A DNA stretch of 59,160 nt from Candidatus Parcubacteria bacterium (GCA_026004535.1 BPJI01000001.1:497424-556583); one strand, 5' to 3'; shown: positions 29,994 to 39,857, counted from the stretch's first letter. The notes: generated from the letters alone by a model not told the origin. Numbers and translations: made by a program.

Positions 29994-30965
29994 TTAGTCC
30001 TCTATTTGTTTTTGGTATTCAGAGATGGGGAATGGACCGTTTTTGTTTCGTTTCATCGCAAAAAAAGCAACACGATATTTCATTTTGTATGGTATTGCAG
30101 AAAATCGGTGAGGTATTATTTCTAAAATATCCTCAAAACCGAAATATCTTACTAGTTTAAAAAGTGCCTTTTTGTTTGGGATTAAAACTAAACCGCCCTT
30201 ACTTGAAGCACCGATATTGTATCGTTCCGATATCGTTTTTGGAGGGTGTGGAATATAATTTTTAATAAACTCCAAATCTCTTTCGGTGTGAGGAGAAGGA
30301 GTAAACTGATTTTGTAACTTACTGTAATTAATTTTTGTTTTTTTTTCAAATTCTAAATAGTTTTTAATAGACAGTATTTTGTCACCCACAAATAAACCTT
30401 CAAAATCATTTTCGTCCATATCATTTAACATCCACCACGAAGGAATATCTTCACTTTGGTCAGAACTATAATGAACATGAGAATCAACTAGAATGGTTGA
30501 AGTTGTCACTTTAGAGATTCTTCTCATCACACCAATAGGATCTTCTAAATGGTAAAGTATTCCTGCAAGAATTGTGATGTCAAATTTTCCGAGATCCCTT
30601 TCATTGATTTCTTCAGCGGTGAGGTTTAAGAATTTGACGTTTTTTACCCCTAGATATTTCTTAATAGCGTTAGCTTGCTCTATATTCTTATTGTTCGAAT
30701 CAATACCTATTACTTCTTTTGGGCCATATTTACTTGCTTCAAAGGAGAATCCGCCGCAATTACAACCGACATCTAAAATTCTCAAGTTTCTGAGAGAGCC
30801 CCCGAATAATTTCAAAAGGGGTGGAAAGAAAAGATTAATTGCATCTCTCATTCTGTAAATCTCTGGTGCCGTATTAAAACCATTACCCAAATCAACGTCG
30901 TGAAAAAATGGGGCTAAGTGTTGTAATTCTTTTGGTATTTTTTGTTTTTTTATGTGTCTTTTCAT
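29994..30965 (-). CDS. class I SAM-dependent methyltransferase (CmoB/DUF1698-like architecture)
   Basis: 323 aa; ILDVGCNCGGFSFEA motif I, FDITILAGILYHLEDP; resemblance to the CmoB family is from memory only. Confidence 0.65.
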   Translation of the reverse strand: MKRHIKKQKIPKELQHLAPFFHDVDLGNGFNTAPEIYRMRDAINLFFPPLLKLFGGSLRNLRILDVGCNCGGFSFEASKYGPKEVIGIDSNNKNIEQANAIKKYLGVKNVKFLNLTAEEINERDLGKFDITILAGILYHLEDPIGVMRRISKVTTSTILVDSHVHYSSDQSEDIPSWWMLNDMDENDFEGLFVGDKILSIKNYLEFEKKTKINYSKLQNQFTPSPHTERDLEFIKNYIPHPPKTISERYNIGASSKGGLVLIPNKKALFKLVRYFGFEDILEIIPHRFSAIPYKMKYRVAFFAMKRNKNGPFPISEYQKQIED

Positions 30966-30970
30966 GGCTA

Positions 30971-31011
30971 TAAAAAAGGCTGGGGCTATTTTTATTATAA
31001 TGGCCCCAGCC
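30971..31011 (-). terminator. intrinsic terminator of trpS
   Basis: On the minus strand GGCTGGGGC-16 nt-GCCCCAGCC followed by TTTTTT; the stem starts at the trpS stop codon. Confidence 0.75.
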
Positions 31012-32006
31012 TATGGACCGATTTGCATGACCCTCCTGACCTCGGCAAGAGTTTCGATGGCATTTTCTCTTGCCACCTTGGCGCCCTCTTCCAGAACGGA
31101 CTGAATATACGACGGATCCCGCGTGATCTCGGCTCTTTTGGACTGAAACTCCTCGAGGAAATTCTGAACAATACGGGTCAGAATCTGCTTGAACTGACCC
31201 ATCACTGGTTTGCCTTTCTTGTGCGCCTCGATAATGGCATCAACCTCATCGCGTTCAGATCCGGTTTTTGCCAACCCCTTGGCAATCAAGATAAGACTTT
31301 CCAGTTTCTCGTTCATCACTCCCTCGAAAGCGGTCTCAGCCGCCTTGATCTTGCTGGCAACCGTCTTGGCATCATCCGTCAAGAAGATGGCACCGCCGGG
31401 ATTGGTCTTGCTCATCTTGCCTCTCCCCCGAAGGGAAAGGATACGAAGTGACTTGACCTGTAATACCTGGGGAATTGGGAAAATCTCCCCATACCTCTTG
31501 TTGAACCTGCGGGCGAGTAGGCGTGTGACCTCCATGTGAGCGAGCTGATCTTCTCCGACCGGAACCTTTTTGGCTCTGTTGAGTAAAATGTCAGCAGCCA
31601 TCATGACCGGGTAGAGAAGTAGAAGAGCGTTTGCTGTTTCCGGCCGTGCGCTGTTCTTAAGCTTATCCTTGAGAGTTGGTACCCTCAAGAGTTCAGCCAC
31701 AGAGACAAGCCTGGCCAGAAGCGCGGTAAGCGTGGTTACCTCTCCTGCTATATCAGACTGGAGATAGATTCTTGCTTTCTGCGGATCCACTCCAAGCGCG
31801 ATATAGTCAGCTACGACTCTGTAGATGTACTGCCTTACAGTAGCCGGTTCATTGTCAGTGATCGCATGAAGATCAGCAACGAAAACCACCGGAGACACGC
31901 CCTGTGCCTGAAGTTCAATAATGGGCGCAACCGCCCCCAGGTAGTTAGCGACGGTCAAGTCGCCAGTGGGCCTGATGCCTGTCAGCAACTCAACCTTGTA
32001 CTGCAT
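31011..32006 (-). CDS. trpS: tryptophan--tRNA ligase, canonical bacterial type, on a GC-rich foreign segment
   Basis: MQYKVELLTGIRPTGDLTVANYLGA..VADLHAIT..YPVMMAADILL..VPVGEDQLAHMEVTRLLARRFN..KMSKT. Start chosen at ATG comp(32004..32006), 6 nt after AGGAGGTG; the track ORF runs to 32081. Confidence 0.9.
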   Translation of the reverse strand: MQYKVELLTGIRPTGDLTVANYLGAVAPIIELQAQGVSPVVFVADLHAITDNEPATVRQYIYRVVADYIALGVDPQKARIYLQSDIAGEVTTLTALLARLVSVAELLRVPTLKDKLKNSARPETANALLLLYPVMMAADILLNRAKKVPVGEDQLAHMEVTRLLARRFNKRYGEIFPIPQVLQVKSLRILSLRGRGKMSKTNPGGAIFLTDDAKTVASKIKAAETAFEGVMNEKLESLILIAKGLAKTGSERDEVDAIIEAHKKGKPVMGQFKQILTRIVQNFLEEFQSKRAEITRDPSYIQSVLEEGAKVARENAIETLAEVRRVMQIGP

Positions 32007-32039
32007 GGCATTCACCTCCTTTTTTAGGGTTCTGAGTTC

Positions 32040-32068
32040 ATTATAACATTTTTTTTTATTTTTGTCAA
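32040..32068 (-). promoter_or_regulatory. consensus sigma70-type promoter of trpS
   Basis: Minus strand TTGACA (32063..32068) - 17 nt - TATAAT (32040..32045), with TG two nt upstream of the -10; about 33 nt upstream of the ATG. Confidence 0.7.
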
Positions 32069-32242
32069 TCCTTTTAGGCATGGTAAAAAACCTTTAAACA
32101 GTATTAATTAAACTATCTCCCTTTACATTATTAAAATTTTTTAAAATTTTTATCATATTATTTCATTTATATTTATTATTAATTATACTTTATATTTTAT
32201 TATTATACCATACCCCTAAAATTGTTTTGATTTTCAATAAAC

Positions 32243-33454
32243 CTATTCATATCTTAAAGCAACAATTGGGTCTAAATTGCTTGCTCTTTTTGCTGGATAA
32301 AGCCCAAAAATCAAACCAATCAACGTTGAAACAATTACTGAAATTAAAATTGCCTTTAGAGAAATATAAGTTGTAAGATTGGCAAATTTACTAACCCCAT
32401 AAGAAATTAAAATTCCCAACATAATTCCCAAAATCCCTCCAATTAAAGTAATAAAAGTTGATTCTAATAAAATTTGATTTAAGATATCTCTGTTTTTTGC
32501 TCCAACAGCTTTTCTTAGCCCTATTTCTTTTGTTCTTTCGGTAACGCTTGTTAGCATCATATTCATAATTCCTATTCCACCAACCAAAAGTGACACACCA
32601 GCAATAAAAGAAAGAAAAATTGTAAAAGTGTTGATGATTGAAGTTAGGGTGCTTAAAATATCTTCTTGAGAAAAAACAGTAAAATCGGGTTCATCAACTC
32701 GGTGCAAAATTGTAAGTCTATTTGTAATTTCTTCTCTTACTTTTTCAATATTTTCTTTAGAATCGACCTTAACCGCAATTGAATTAAAATATTCTGTTCC
32801 AGCTAATTGTTTTTGGGCAACTGTATAGGGAATCATTACAAAATCATCATAACTTACAAAACCAGTCGAACCCTTGGCCTTCAAAACTCCAATTACTCTA
32901 AATGTTAAATTTTTAATTTTAATTTTTTTACCAAGAGGATCAACATCGCCAAATAAATCTTTGGCAATTTGATTGCCCAAAATTGCAAATTTTGAATAAC
33001 TTCTTATTTGCTCATCAGTAAATAAATTTCCATTTTCTATTTCCATATTTCTGACTGTAAAAAAATCTACATCAACTCCCAAAATTGTTGTGTTTCTATT
33101 ATTCCCAGTTTCGGCAACAACCTGAAACCTTCTTTGAACCTCAGGAGAAATTGCAACAATATTGTCAATTTTTTTAATTTCTTTAACATCATCTTTTTTT
33201 AAGACCTGAGCCTCACCCCTTCCGCTTGAAATAAAACCTCTCCCTGGCTGAACAATACCAGGAAAAACAATTAAATTATTTGAACCTAAACTTTCAATGC
33301 TCTTTTGAATACTAATTTTTGAACCTTCACCCAAAGAAACCATCGAAATAACAGCAGCAATACCAATAACAATTCCCAAAATCGTAAGGCCTGTTCTTAA
33401 CTTATTACTTTTTAATGAATTAAAAGATTCTTGGATTAAATCAATTGTTTTCAT
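32243..33454 (-). CDS. MacB-type ABC transporter permease (MacB periplasmic domain + FtsX)
   Basis: 403 aa; N-terminal TM, large periplasmic domain, C-terminal FtsX-like 3-TM block ending [19 protein letters not shown]. Confidence 0.85.
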   Translation of the reverse strand: MKTIDLIQESFNSLKSNKLRTGLTILGIVIGIAAVISMVSLGEGSKISIQKSIESLGSNNLIVFPGIVQPGRGFISSGRGEAQVLKKDDVKEIKKIDNIVAISPEVQRRFQVVAETGNNRNTTILGVDVDFFTVRNMEIENGNLFTDEQIRSYSKFAILGNQIAKDLFGDVDPLGKKIKIKNLTFRVIGVLKAKGSTGFVSYDDFVMIPYTVAQKQLAGTEYFNSIAVKVDSKENIEKVREEITNRLTILHRVDEPDFTVFSQEDILSTLTSIINTFTIFLSFIAGVSLLVGGIGIMNMMLTSVTERTKEIGLRKAVGAKNRDILNQILLESTFITLIGGILGIMLGILISYGVSKFANLTTYISLKAILISVIVSTLIGLIFGLYPAKRASNLDPIVALRYE

Positions 33455-34166
33455 TATTGTGATATAAAATTTTTCTATTTTTAACTTTTTCTTCGTTTAT
33501 TATCTCACCATCTCTTATTCTAATTATTTTTTCTGCATGTTCAGCGACATATTCTTCGTGTGTGATCAAAACAATGGTTATTCCTTTTTCAAGATTCAAT
33601 TTTTGAAAAGTATGTAAAACTATTTCACCGGTTTTTGTATCCAAATTTCCAGTAGGTTCATCAGCTAAAATAATCTCTGGATCATTCATTAGTGCCCGAG
33701 CAATAGCAACTCTTTGCATCATTCCTCCTGAAAGCTGATTAGGATAGTGATAAATAAAATTTAAAGGAAAGGCGGATGCTTTTAAACATTCAATAGCTTT
33801 CTCTTTTCTTATGTTAATTGGTATTTCAGAATAAATTGAAGGCAGACTAACATTTTCTAAAACATTTTTTCTTGGAAGTAGAAAGAATGCTTGAAATACA
33901 AACCCTATTTTTTTACTTCTTAATCTTGCCAGCTCATCATCATTTAACTTAGAAATATCTTGTCCATCTAAAATATAAGTTCCACTTGTTGGTCTATCCA
34001 AAAGCCCTATAATATGCATAAGAGTTGATTTTCCTGAACCAGAAGGTCCCATAATTGAGACAAATTCACCTTTATTGATTTTTAAGTTTATGTTTTTTAA
34101 AGCAATAGTTTCAATCTCACCTGTCTTATAAATTTTGTTTATATTTTTAAGCTCAACCATTATCAT
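33441..34166 (-). CDS. ABC transporter ATP-binding protein (MacB/LolD type)
   Basis: Walker [10 protein letters not shown], signature [15 protein letters not shown], Walker [12 protein letters not shown]. Confidence 0.92.
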   Translation of the reverse strand: MIMVELKNINKIYKTGEIETIALKNINLKINKGEFVSIMGPSGSGKSTLMHIIGLLDRPTSGTYILDGQDISKLNDDELARLRSKKIGFVFQAFFLLPRKNVLENVSLPSIYSEIPINIRKEKAIECLKASAFPLNFIYHYPNQLSGGMMQRVAIARALMNDPEIILADEPTGNLDTKTGEIVLHTFQKLNLEKGITIVLITHEEYVAEHAEKIIRIRDGEIINEEKVKNRKILYHNNENN

Positions 34167-34171
34167 TGAAA

Positions 34172-35848
34172 TTATCTTTGAATGTTTTGAGGTCTTGACT
34201 GAGGAGCAAATTGTCTTGGATTAGGTAAAAATCTTTGAAAAAGTCCTTGTGATTGTTTATTATCAAAATTATTTTCAATTTTTCTAACAACAATAATGTC
34301 TCCTTCTTTTAAGCCTTCTATAACTTCAGTATTGTTGCTATCAGAAATACCTTTTTGAATAAATACTCTTTTTAAGGGATAAGTTAATTTAATAGGTCTG
34401 TCATGTATCTCTCTTAGATTTTCTTTATCATCAGGAACTTCAACATAATTTCTACTTTCAAAATTTTTAATTGCTGAATTTGGTATTATTAAAACATTTT
34501 CTTTTGATTGGGTGATAATTTCAACATTGGCAGTCATACCAATTTTGACTTCTGAATTATCCTCCAGACTAACCTTAACTAAATAATTTACAACTCCCTG
34601 TTCTACTTCTCCAACTGGTGAAATATAAAAAACTTTACCTTTTAATTCCAGCTCAGGTAAAGCATCAAAAGTTATAATCGCATCTTGACCAACCTTAACT
34701 TCAGCAGCATCTATCTCGTTTAAAGAAACTTCAATTGTTTTTTCATTTGAAAGAAGCTTAGCTAAAACAGAATTAGAAGATACAGAATCATTTGTTTTTA
34801 CATTCACATCTTGCATTATTCCGCTTATTGGAGCATAAATATAATAATCTTTTAAGTCATCTCTTAAATCTTCAAGTTTATTTTCTTTCTGTTTAATTGA
34901 AAGCTCCAAGGATTGAATATCATATTCTTTTTGTTTGAGTGAGTCTTGATAGGAATTTAAAGCATTAACCAAAGAAGAAAGATTGTTAAGATGGTCTGCA
35001 TATTTACTATAGACTAAATTTAGATCATTATAATGTCTATCAATAATTTCTTGTTTAGTATGGTAAGATTGTTGTAAGCTCAAATCTTCTTTTAATCTTC
35101 TTATTAAATCTAATCCTGATTTAATAAAATCTTGAGTCTGCAAAAGAAAATCATAGGAATCTTTAATTAAAGAATAATCAATATTTTGGTTATTAAATTT
35201 TGCTTCTTGGAGTCTTTGGGAAATTAATAAAAAATTTGTCTTTAAATTGTTATAGATTTTTTGAGAAACATCAGATGTAATTTTGACCCCAGGAAAGTAA
35301 TAAAGATAATAATCAAGGTTGTGTTTTAAATTATCAAGCTCTTTTTCAAAATAAACCTTTCTTATTTTTTCTAAATCATCAGGGTAACTAACAAAAATAT
35401 CATTTAAATTTTTAAGCAGGCTTTCGTAATTTTTTCTTAAATCATCGCCTCTTAAAATCCTTTGATAATCATCTTTGGTTTTTTGAAGGTTTAATTTTGA
35501 GCTTTCAATATCTAATTCTAAATCTCTGATTTGTCTTTTGATGTCTGAATCATCTAAAGCAAAAAGAAGCATACCTTTATTTACATACTCTCCTTCACCA
35601 ACATAAATATTAGAAATTTTTCCTGAATCAGAAGGTTTTATCTCAAAAGCATCAGTAGTTGTGACATAACCGGTTCCGGTTACAATTTTTTGAACTGAGC
35701 CTCTTTTAACTTGAGCTAAAATATAACCTTCGCTGACCTGATTTCTTTTAAATTTTGAATAACCAAAATAACTTGCTCCTCCTATTAAAAAAATTAATAA
35801 AAATATTATTTTCTTATTTTTCAAAAATTTTATAATCCGCTCTTTCAT
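34172..35848 (-). CDS. periplasmic adaptor (HlyD/MacA-like) with long coiled-coil insert
   Basis: 558 aa; N-terminal anchor, lipoyl/beta-barrel-like segments (GKISNIYVGEGEYVNKGMLLFALD; ISGIMQDVNVKTNDSV), long coiled coil; operon with MacB-type genes. Confidence 0.75.
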   Translation of the reverse strand: MKERIIKFLKNKKIIFLLIFLIGGASYFGYSKFKRNQVSEGYILAQVKRGSVQKIVTGTGYVTTTDAFEIKPSDSGKISNIYVGEGEYVNKGMLLFALDDSDIKRQIRDLELDIESSKLNLQKTKDDYQRILRGDDLRKNYESLLKNLNDIFVSYPDDLEKIRKVYFEKELDNLKHNLDYYLYYFPGVKITSDVSQKIYNNLKTNFLLISQRLQEAKFNNQNIDYSLIKDSYDFLLQTQDFIKSGLDLIRRLKEDLSLQQSYHTKQEIIDRHYNDLNLVYSKYADHLNNLSSLVNALNSYQDSLKQKEYDIQSLELSIKQKENKLEDLRDDLKDYYIYAPISGIMQDVNVKTNDSVSSNSVLAKLLSNEKTIEVSLNEIDAAEVKVGQDAIITFDALPELELKGKVFYISPVGEVEQGVVNYLVKVSLEDNSEVKIGMTANVEIITQSKENVLIIPNSAIKNFESRNYVEVPDDKENLREIHDRPIKLTYPLKRVFIQKGISDSNNTEVIEGLKEGDIIVVRKIENNFDNKQSQGLFQRFLPNPRQFAPQSRPQNIQR

Positions 35849-36090
35849 TTTTGTTTTAAGATTTTTCTAAGATCTTCCAGATGTTTTTCTAAATACGACA
35901 TTATTTTTTTGACTTCAGAAAATTTCATTAAAGTTATCATTTCTTTCATTCCAAAAACTAAAATTTTATCTCCTTTTTTAAGTTTTAAATCATCTCTTGC
36001 TTCTTTAGGAATAACAATTTGTCCTCTTTCACCAATAATCGTTGAACCATAAAATTTCTTTTCAAATTTTTTAAAATCCTTCTTAATCAT
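35845..36090 (-). CDS. AbrB/MazE/SpoVT-family DNA-binding protein
   Basis: 81 aa; GERGQIVIPKEARDDLKLKKGDKILV is the SpoVT-AbrB swapped-hairpin motif. Confidence 0.7.
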   Translation of the reverse strand: MIKKDFKKFEKKFYGSTIIGERGQIVIPKEARDDLKLKKGDKILVFGMKEMITLMKFSEVKKIMSYLEKHLEDLRKILKQK

Positions 36091-36126
36091 AATTAAAGTA
36101 TATCATACTTTTCTGAAAAGTAAGAA

Positions 36127-36987
36127 TTAAGGCTGAAAAAGATATTCAGGCTTAAATTCTACACTTTTAACCTGGCTAAATTGTTTTGCTGTTTTTTCAA
36201 TTTGAAGCCATAAAATTTTAGTCCGACAAGAACCACCTATAGTTTGATTATAGGTATCGTCAAATTCTAAAATCAAAGTACCATCTGGTTTTAAATTAGT
36301 TGACTTTAATTTAAATCCAGATAGAGGAAATTCTGTATCTATATTCATATCTATTTCTTGTTGACTGAAATTTTCTCTACCTTTTAATAAAAGTTCAATT
36401 GTATCTTGGATTGGAGTTTTGGTCAAGGGAATTTCTCTTTCAATCGAAACCAAGCCATCTTCTGAGCATTTTATATTTCCTTTTTCATCCTTATCTTTTT
36501 CTGGATTATAATAATAAAGTAAAACTTTCTGATATTTAATTTCCTCAAATTTAACAGGAACTACATAAATTTTTTGATATTCTGCTATTCCGCTTGGATT
36601 AGCTGATAAAAATAATAATTTACCAATCTTAGTTTTTGGTTGTTTAAAATTCAATTCACCTTCAAAAGGAACAAAATTTTCTGTCATCCAATCACTCTTT
36701 GCTCTTAAAATTGCCTTACCTAATAAATTATTTTCATCATCATAAAGCTCAGCATTAAATTCTGCCTCGAAAAACCAAGTTCCTCTTGCTTCCCCTTGGA
36801 TTAATAATGGCGACTTTATTTTTTGATTTTCTTTGGGATTAAAAATAATTATATCTGAAGTATTTTGAGAGATATTTCGAAAAAATTTACTATTTTCATT
36901 ATTGACAAATAAAAATATTAATAGAACAAAAACAAAAACTAAAGAAAAGCTTATTAATAAATATTTTTTATTTTTGATTAGAATCAT
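36127..36987 (-). CDS. secreted Gmad2 Ig-like + GerMN-like domain protein
   Basis: 286 aa; signal anchor; SPLLIQGEARGTWFFEAEFNAELYDDENNLLG resembles the Gmad2 Ig-like domain; the C-terminal half is GerM-like (from memory). Confidence 0.5.
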   Translation of the reverse strand: MILIKNKKYLLISFSLVFVFVLLIFLFVNNENSKFFRNISQNTSDIIIFNPKENQKIKSPLLIQGEARGTWFFEAEFNAELYDDENNLLGKAILRAKSDWMTENFVPFEGELNFKQPKTKIGKLLFLSANPSGIAEYQKIYVVPVKFEEIKYQKVLLYYYNPEKDKDEKGNIKCSEDGLVSIEREIPLTKTPIQDTIELLLKGRENFSQQEIDMNIDTEFPLSGFKLKSTNLKPDGTLILEFDDTYNQTIGGSCRTKILWLQIEKTAKQFSQVKSVEFKPEYLFQP

Positions 36988-38447
36988 TTTATTATTTCAA
37001 TTACTTTATTTACTGGCGCCGGAGAAATTAGAGTATAAATTTCTTTTGTTTTTTCAATTGAAGGTAAAAAATCTTTGCCAACAATTTTATCATCTTCTAA
37101 CCAATAAACATCTAAATCAACAAAAGTATTTTTATTCCAAAATGACCTAATTTGTTTATCAGGGAAAATAAAAATCATACCGTCAAATTTATTTTCTCTA
37201 TTAGTCTGTATGTAGTCTGAATTAGTCTGCATCTTTCTTGCAAACATCAATCCTCTTTCCCATTCTAATGACTCATCAGCGACTAAAAGTTTATAATCTT
37301 TGCCTTCTAAATTGTAATTTACAAAGTCAAAAAATATTTCAGGATTAATCTTAATTATTTTATCATCACCTTCCCTTGGATAACCTCTTCCATCTCTATT
37401 GGAAGTCGAAACATAAAAATAACCATCTGGTCCTAAAGTGATAGCCCTTAGTCTTCCAAATTTTTGAAAGAAATAGACTCTTAATTTTTTATTAACCAAA
37501 TCGTATTGATACAAACCTTCTCCCCTAAGTCCTGTAAAGAATAAAGAGTTATTATAATGAATTAAATCTGCTGGTGCCCAAGTAATATCTAAGCCTGAAT
37601 GAACAACTGGAGATTCCATTCCTTCCCTCCTTTCATCTCCTTGAATAACTGGCCAACCATAATTTTTACCTTTTTGAATTAGATTTATTTCATCCAATCC
37701 TGTTTGAATTCCTGATCTTCCATGGTCAATTGACCATAAATTACCCTCATTATCCCAAGCAATGCCTTGAGAATTTCTAATTCCATAAGCGTAAACTAGA
37801 TTTTTAAACGGATTGTCTTTGGGAATTGAACCATCATCTTTGATTCTTAAAATTTTTCCGGCTAAAGAGTTTATATTTTGAGAATTTTGAGAATCACCAG
37901 CATCTCCGGTTGTAACATACAAATAACCATCAGGGCCAAATTTTATTCTTCCTCCATTATGAAATCGATTGGCTGGAATATCATCTAAAATAATTTTGTT
38001 TTTAATTAAAGAATAATCTTTCAAAATATATCTTTCTACTCTATTAATTAAATTTCCATTTTTTACAGTCGTATAATAAAAATAAATAAAATTATTTTCT
38101 TTGAAATTTGGATGCAAAGTTGTTCCTAAAAGACCACCTTCGCCAATATGTTTTACTTCTAGGATTTGAAATTCCTTAATTAACTTTTTATCTTTTAAAT
38201 CAAAAATTTTTACTCTTCCTGGTCTTTCAGTGATTAAAACTTCATTTTCATTTAAAAAAACAATTGACCAAATAATTTCTAAATTTTCTAGAACAATTTC
38301 AAAATTCTTATCAGCTTTTCCCTGCTCCAATTTTTGAATTACAGTTATTTGAGGTTTAAAAAATAATTTTTCAATTTGTGAATCAAAAATAAAAGAAACC
38401 AATATTAATATTAACAAAAAAATAATAAAATATTTAAAATATTTCAT
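36984..38447 (-). CDS. PQQ-dependent sugar dehydrogenase-like beta-propeller fused to DUF192-like domain
   Basis: 487 aa; GLLGTTLHPNF, HNGGRIKFGPDGYLYVTTGD, GKNYGWP; C-terminal ERGLMFAR...GMIFIF...WNKNTFVDLDVYW. Confidence 0.75.
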   Translation of the reverse strand: MKYFKYFIIFLLILILVSFIFDSQIEKLFFKPQITVIQKLEQGKADKNFEIVLENLEIIWSIVFLNENEVLITERPGRVKIFDLKDKKLIKEFQILEVKHIGEGGLLGTTLHPNFKENNFIYFYYTTVKNGNLINRVERYILKDYSLIKNKIILDDIPANRFHNGGRIKFGPDGYLYVTTGDAGDSQNSQNINSLAGKILRIKDDGSIPKDNPFKNLVYAYGIRNSQGIAWDNEGNLWSIDHGRSGIQTGLDEINLIQKGKNYGWPVIQGDERREGMESPVVHSGLDITWAPADLIHYNNSLFFTGLRGEGLYQYDLVNKKLRVYFFQKFGRLRAITLGPDGYFYVSTSNRDGRGYPREGDDKIIKINPEIFFDFVNYNLEGKDYKLLVADESLEWERGLMFARKMQTNSDYIQTNRENKFDGMIFIFPDKQIRSFWNKNTFVDLDVYWLEDDKIVGKDFLPSIEKTKEIYTLISPAPVNKVIEIIK

Positions 38448-38649
38448 CTTAGGCTATTTTTTATAAATAATTACTTTATTATAAAAATTTTAATATAAAA
38501 TTTTAATATAACTAAGATTAAAGATGTAATTAAACAATAACTTTAACTTTTTATAAATAAAATTTAAACAATGTCTAACTTTGTTAAGCTTAAATGTATC
38601 CTAATTTTTTTATCATTAATAAAGATCACAAAAAATCTAGAAAAATTCA

Positions 38650-39837
38650 ATGTTTAAAAGTTTAGAATTTTATATTTCGTATAGATTTATAACTCACAGA
38701 ATTTTAAGAACTTTTTTTATTGTTTTAGCAATTTCAATCGGAGTTGCAGTTCAAATTTTTGTAGCTGTCATTATTGATAGTACTCAAGCCAATTTACTAA
38801 AAAGAACACTTGGATATAGCCCTCATATACTGATTGAACCATATGAAAACGAAAAAGTTGATATAAAAATAAAAAATCCAGAAATAATTTTAAACCAAAT
38901 TAAAGATAATTATCCATTAGAAAATTTTAAAAAGATAATTTATACCGTTGAAGGAGTTGTTTTAGCTTATAACTTTATCAATAAAGATGATTTAAATGTA
39001 AAATTGATCGGCTTTAAAGATGTTTTTGGTAAAGATATATATGGAATTGAAGAAAATTTACTAAAAGGCAAATCTAATTTATTAAAAAATGGAGAAGCTA
39101 TTATTGGTTATAATATTTATGAAAAACTTAATTTAGAAATTAACAATCTAATATCTGTTAAAAATAACTTAGGAAATTATAAATCGTTTAAGATTGTCGG
39201 AATCTTCAAAAGCGGAAATCAGAACTTAGACAATACTATTTTTATCAAAATTGAGGAAGCACAAGATTTTTTGGGTTTTAGGAGAAACGAATATAGCTCT
39301 ATTTTATTTCAAGTTAATAATGTTTTTGAATCTGATAAAATCAAAAAAATAATTTCAAATAATTTCAATTTTCCTTATGAATTAACTGAATGGAAAGAAT
39401 CAAACAAACAACTTCTAAATGGTTTGTCAGCACAATCTCAATCTAGTTTTTTTATTCAATTTTTTATTTTAATTTCAATTGCCGTTTCAATTTTAAGCAT
39501 TTTAAATATGAAGGTTGTTGAAAAATATAAGGAGATTGGAATTTTAAAGGCATTAGGAATGAATAATGATAAAATTGCTAAAATTTTTATTTTTATGAGT
39601 TTATTAATCGGTTTTTTGGGAGTATTCTTGGGCACCTTGTTTGCTTTCCTGCTTTTGAATATATTTATTAACATAACTAAAAGCCCAGAAGGAATTCCAT
39701 TATTTAATTTAGTAATAAAAACAAATTTCTTGATTGCTACAATTTTATTTAATTTACTTGCTGTAATTTTTGCTGGTTATATCTCTTCAAGAAAAGCGAT
39801 AAAATATGAACCAGCCAAAATCATAGTCGGTGTCTGA
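38650..39837 (+). CDS. ABC transporter permease, LolC/E-FtsX family
   Basis: 395 aa; N-terminal TM, periplasmic domain, C-terminal FtsX-type TM block (KEIGILKALGMNN). Confidence 0.8.
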   Translation: MFKSLEFYISYRFITHRILRTFFIVLAISIGVAVQIFVAVIIDSTQANLLKRTLGYSPHILIEPYENEKVDIKIKNPEIILNQIKDNYPLENFKKIIYTVEGVVLAYNFINKDDLNVKLIGFKDVFGKDIYGIEENLLKGKSNLLKNGEAIIGYNIYEKLNLEINNLISVKNNLGNYKSFKIVGIFKSGNQNLDNTIFIKIEEAQDFLGFRRNEYSSILFQVNNVFESDKIKKIISNNFNFPYELTEWKESNKQLLNGLSAQSQSSFFIQFFILISIAVSILSILNMKVVEKYKEIGILKALGMNNDKIAKIFIFMSLLIGFLGVFLGTLFAFLLLNIFINITKSPEGIPLFNLVIKTNFLIATILFNLLAVIFAGYISSRKAIKYEPAKIIVGV

Positions 39838-39857
39838 AAAAAAATATTAAATAAATT

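Noticed and set aside
30942-31539. Plus-strand ORFs 30942..31451 and 31210..31539
   Set aside because: They lie antisense to the GC-rich trpS gene, where the lack of AT-rich stop codons produces long spurious frames. Their translations are low-complexity, with no recognisable motifs.
32007-32081. N-terminal extension of the trpS ORF and a T-box leader upstream of trpS
   Set aside because: The extension (MPKRIDKNKKKCYNELRTLKKEVNA) would include the consensus promoter and the Shine-Dalgarno sequence. The leader from the predicted -10 to the ATG is only about 33 nt, far too short for a T-box.
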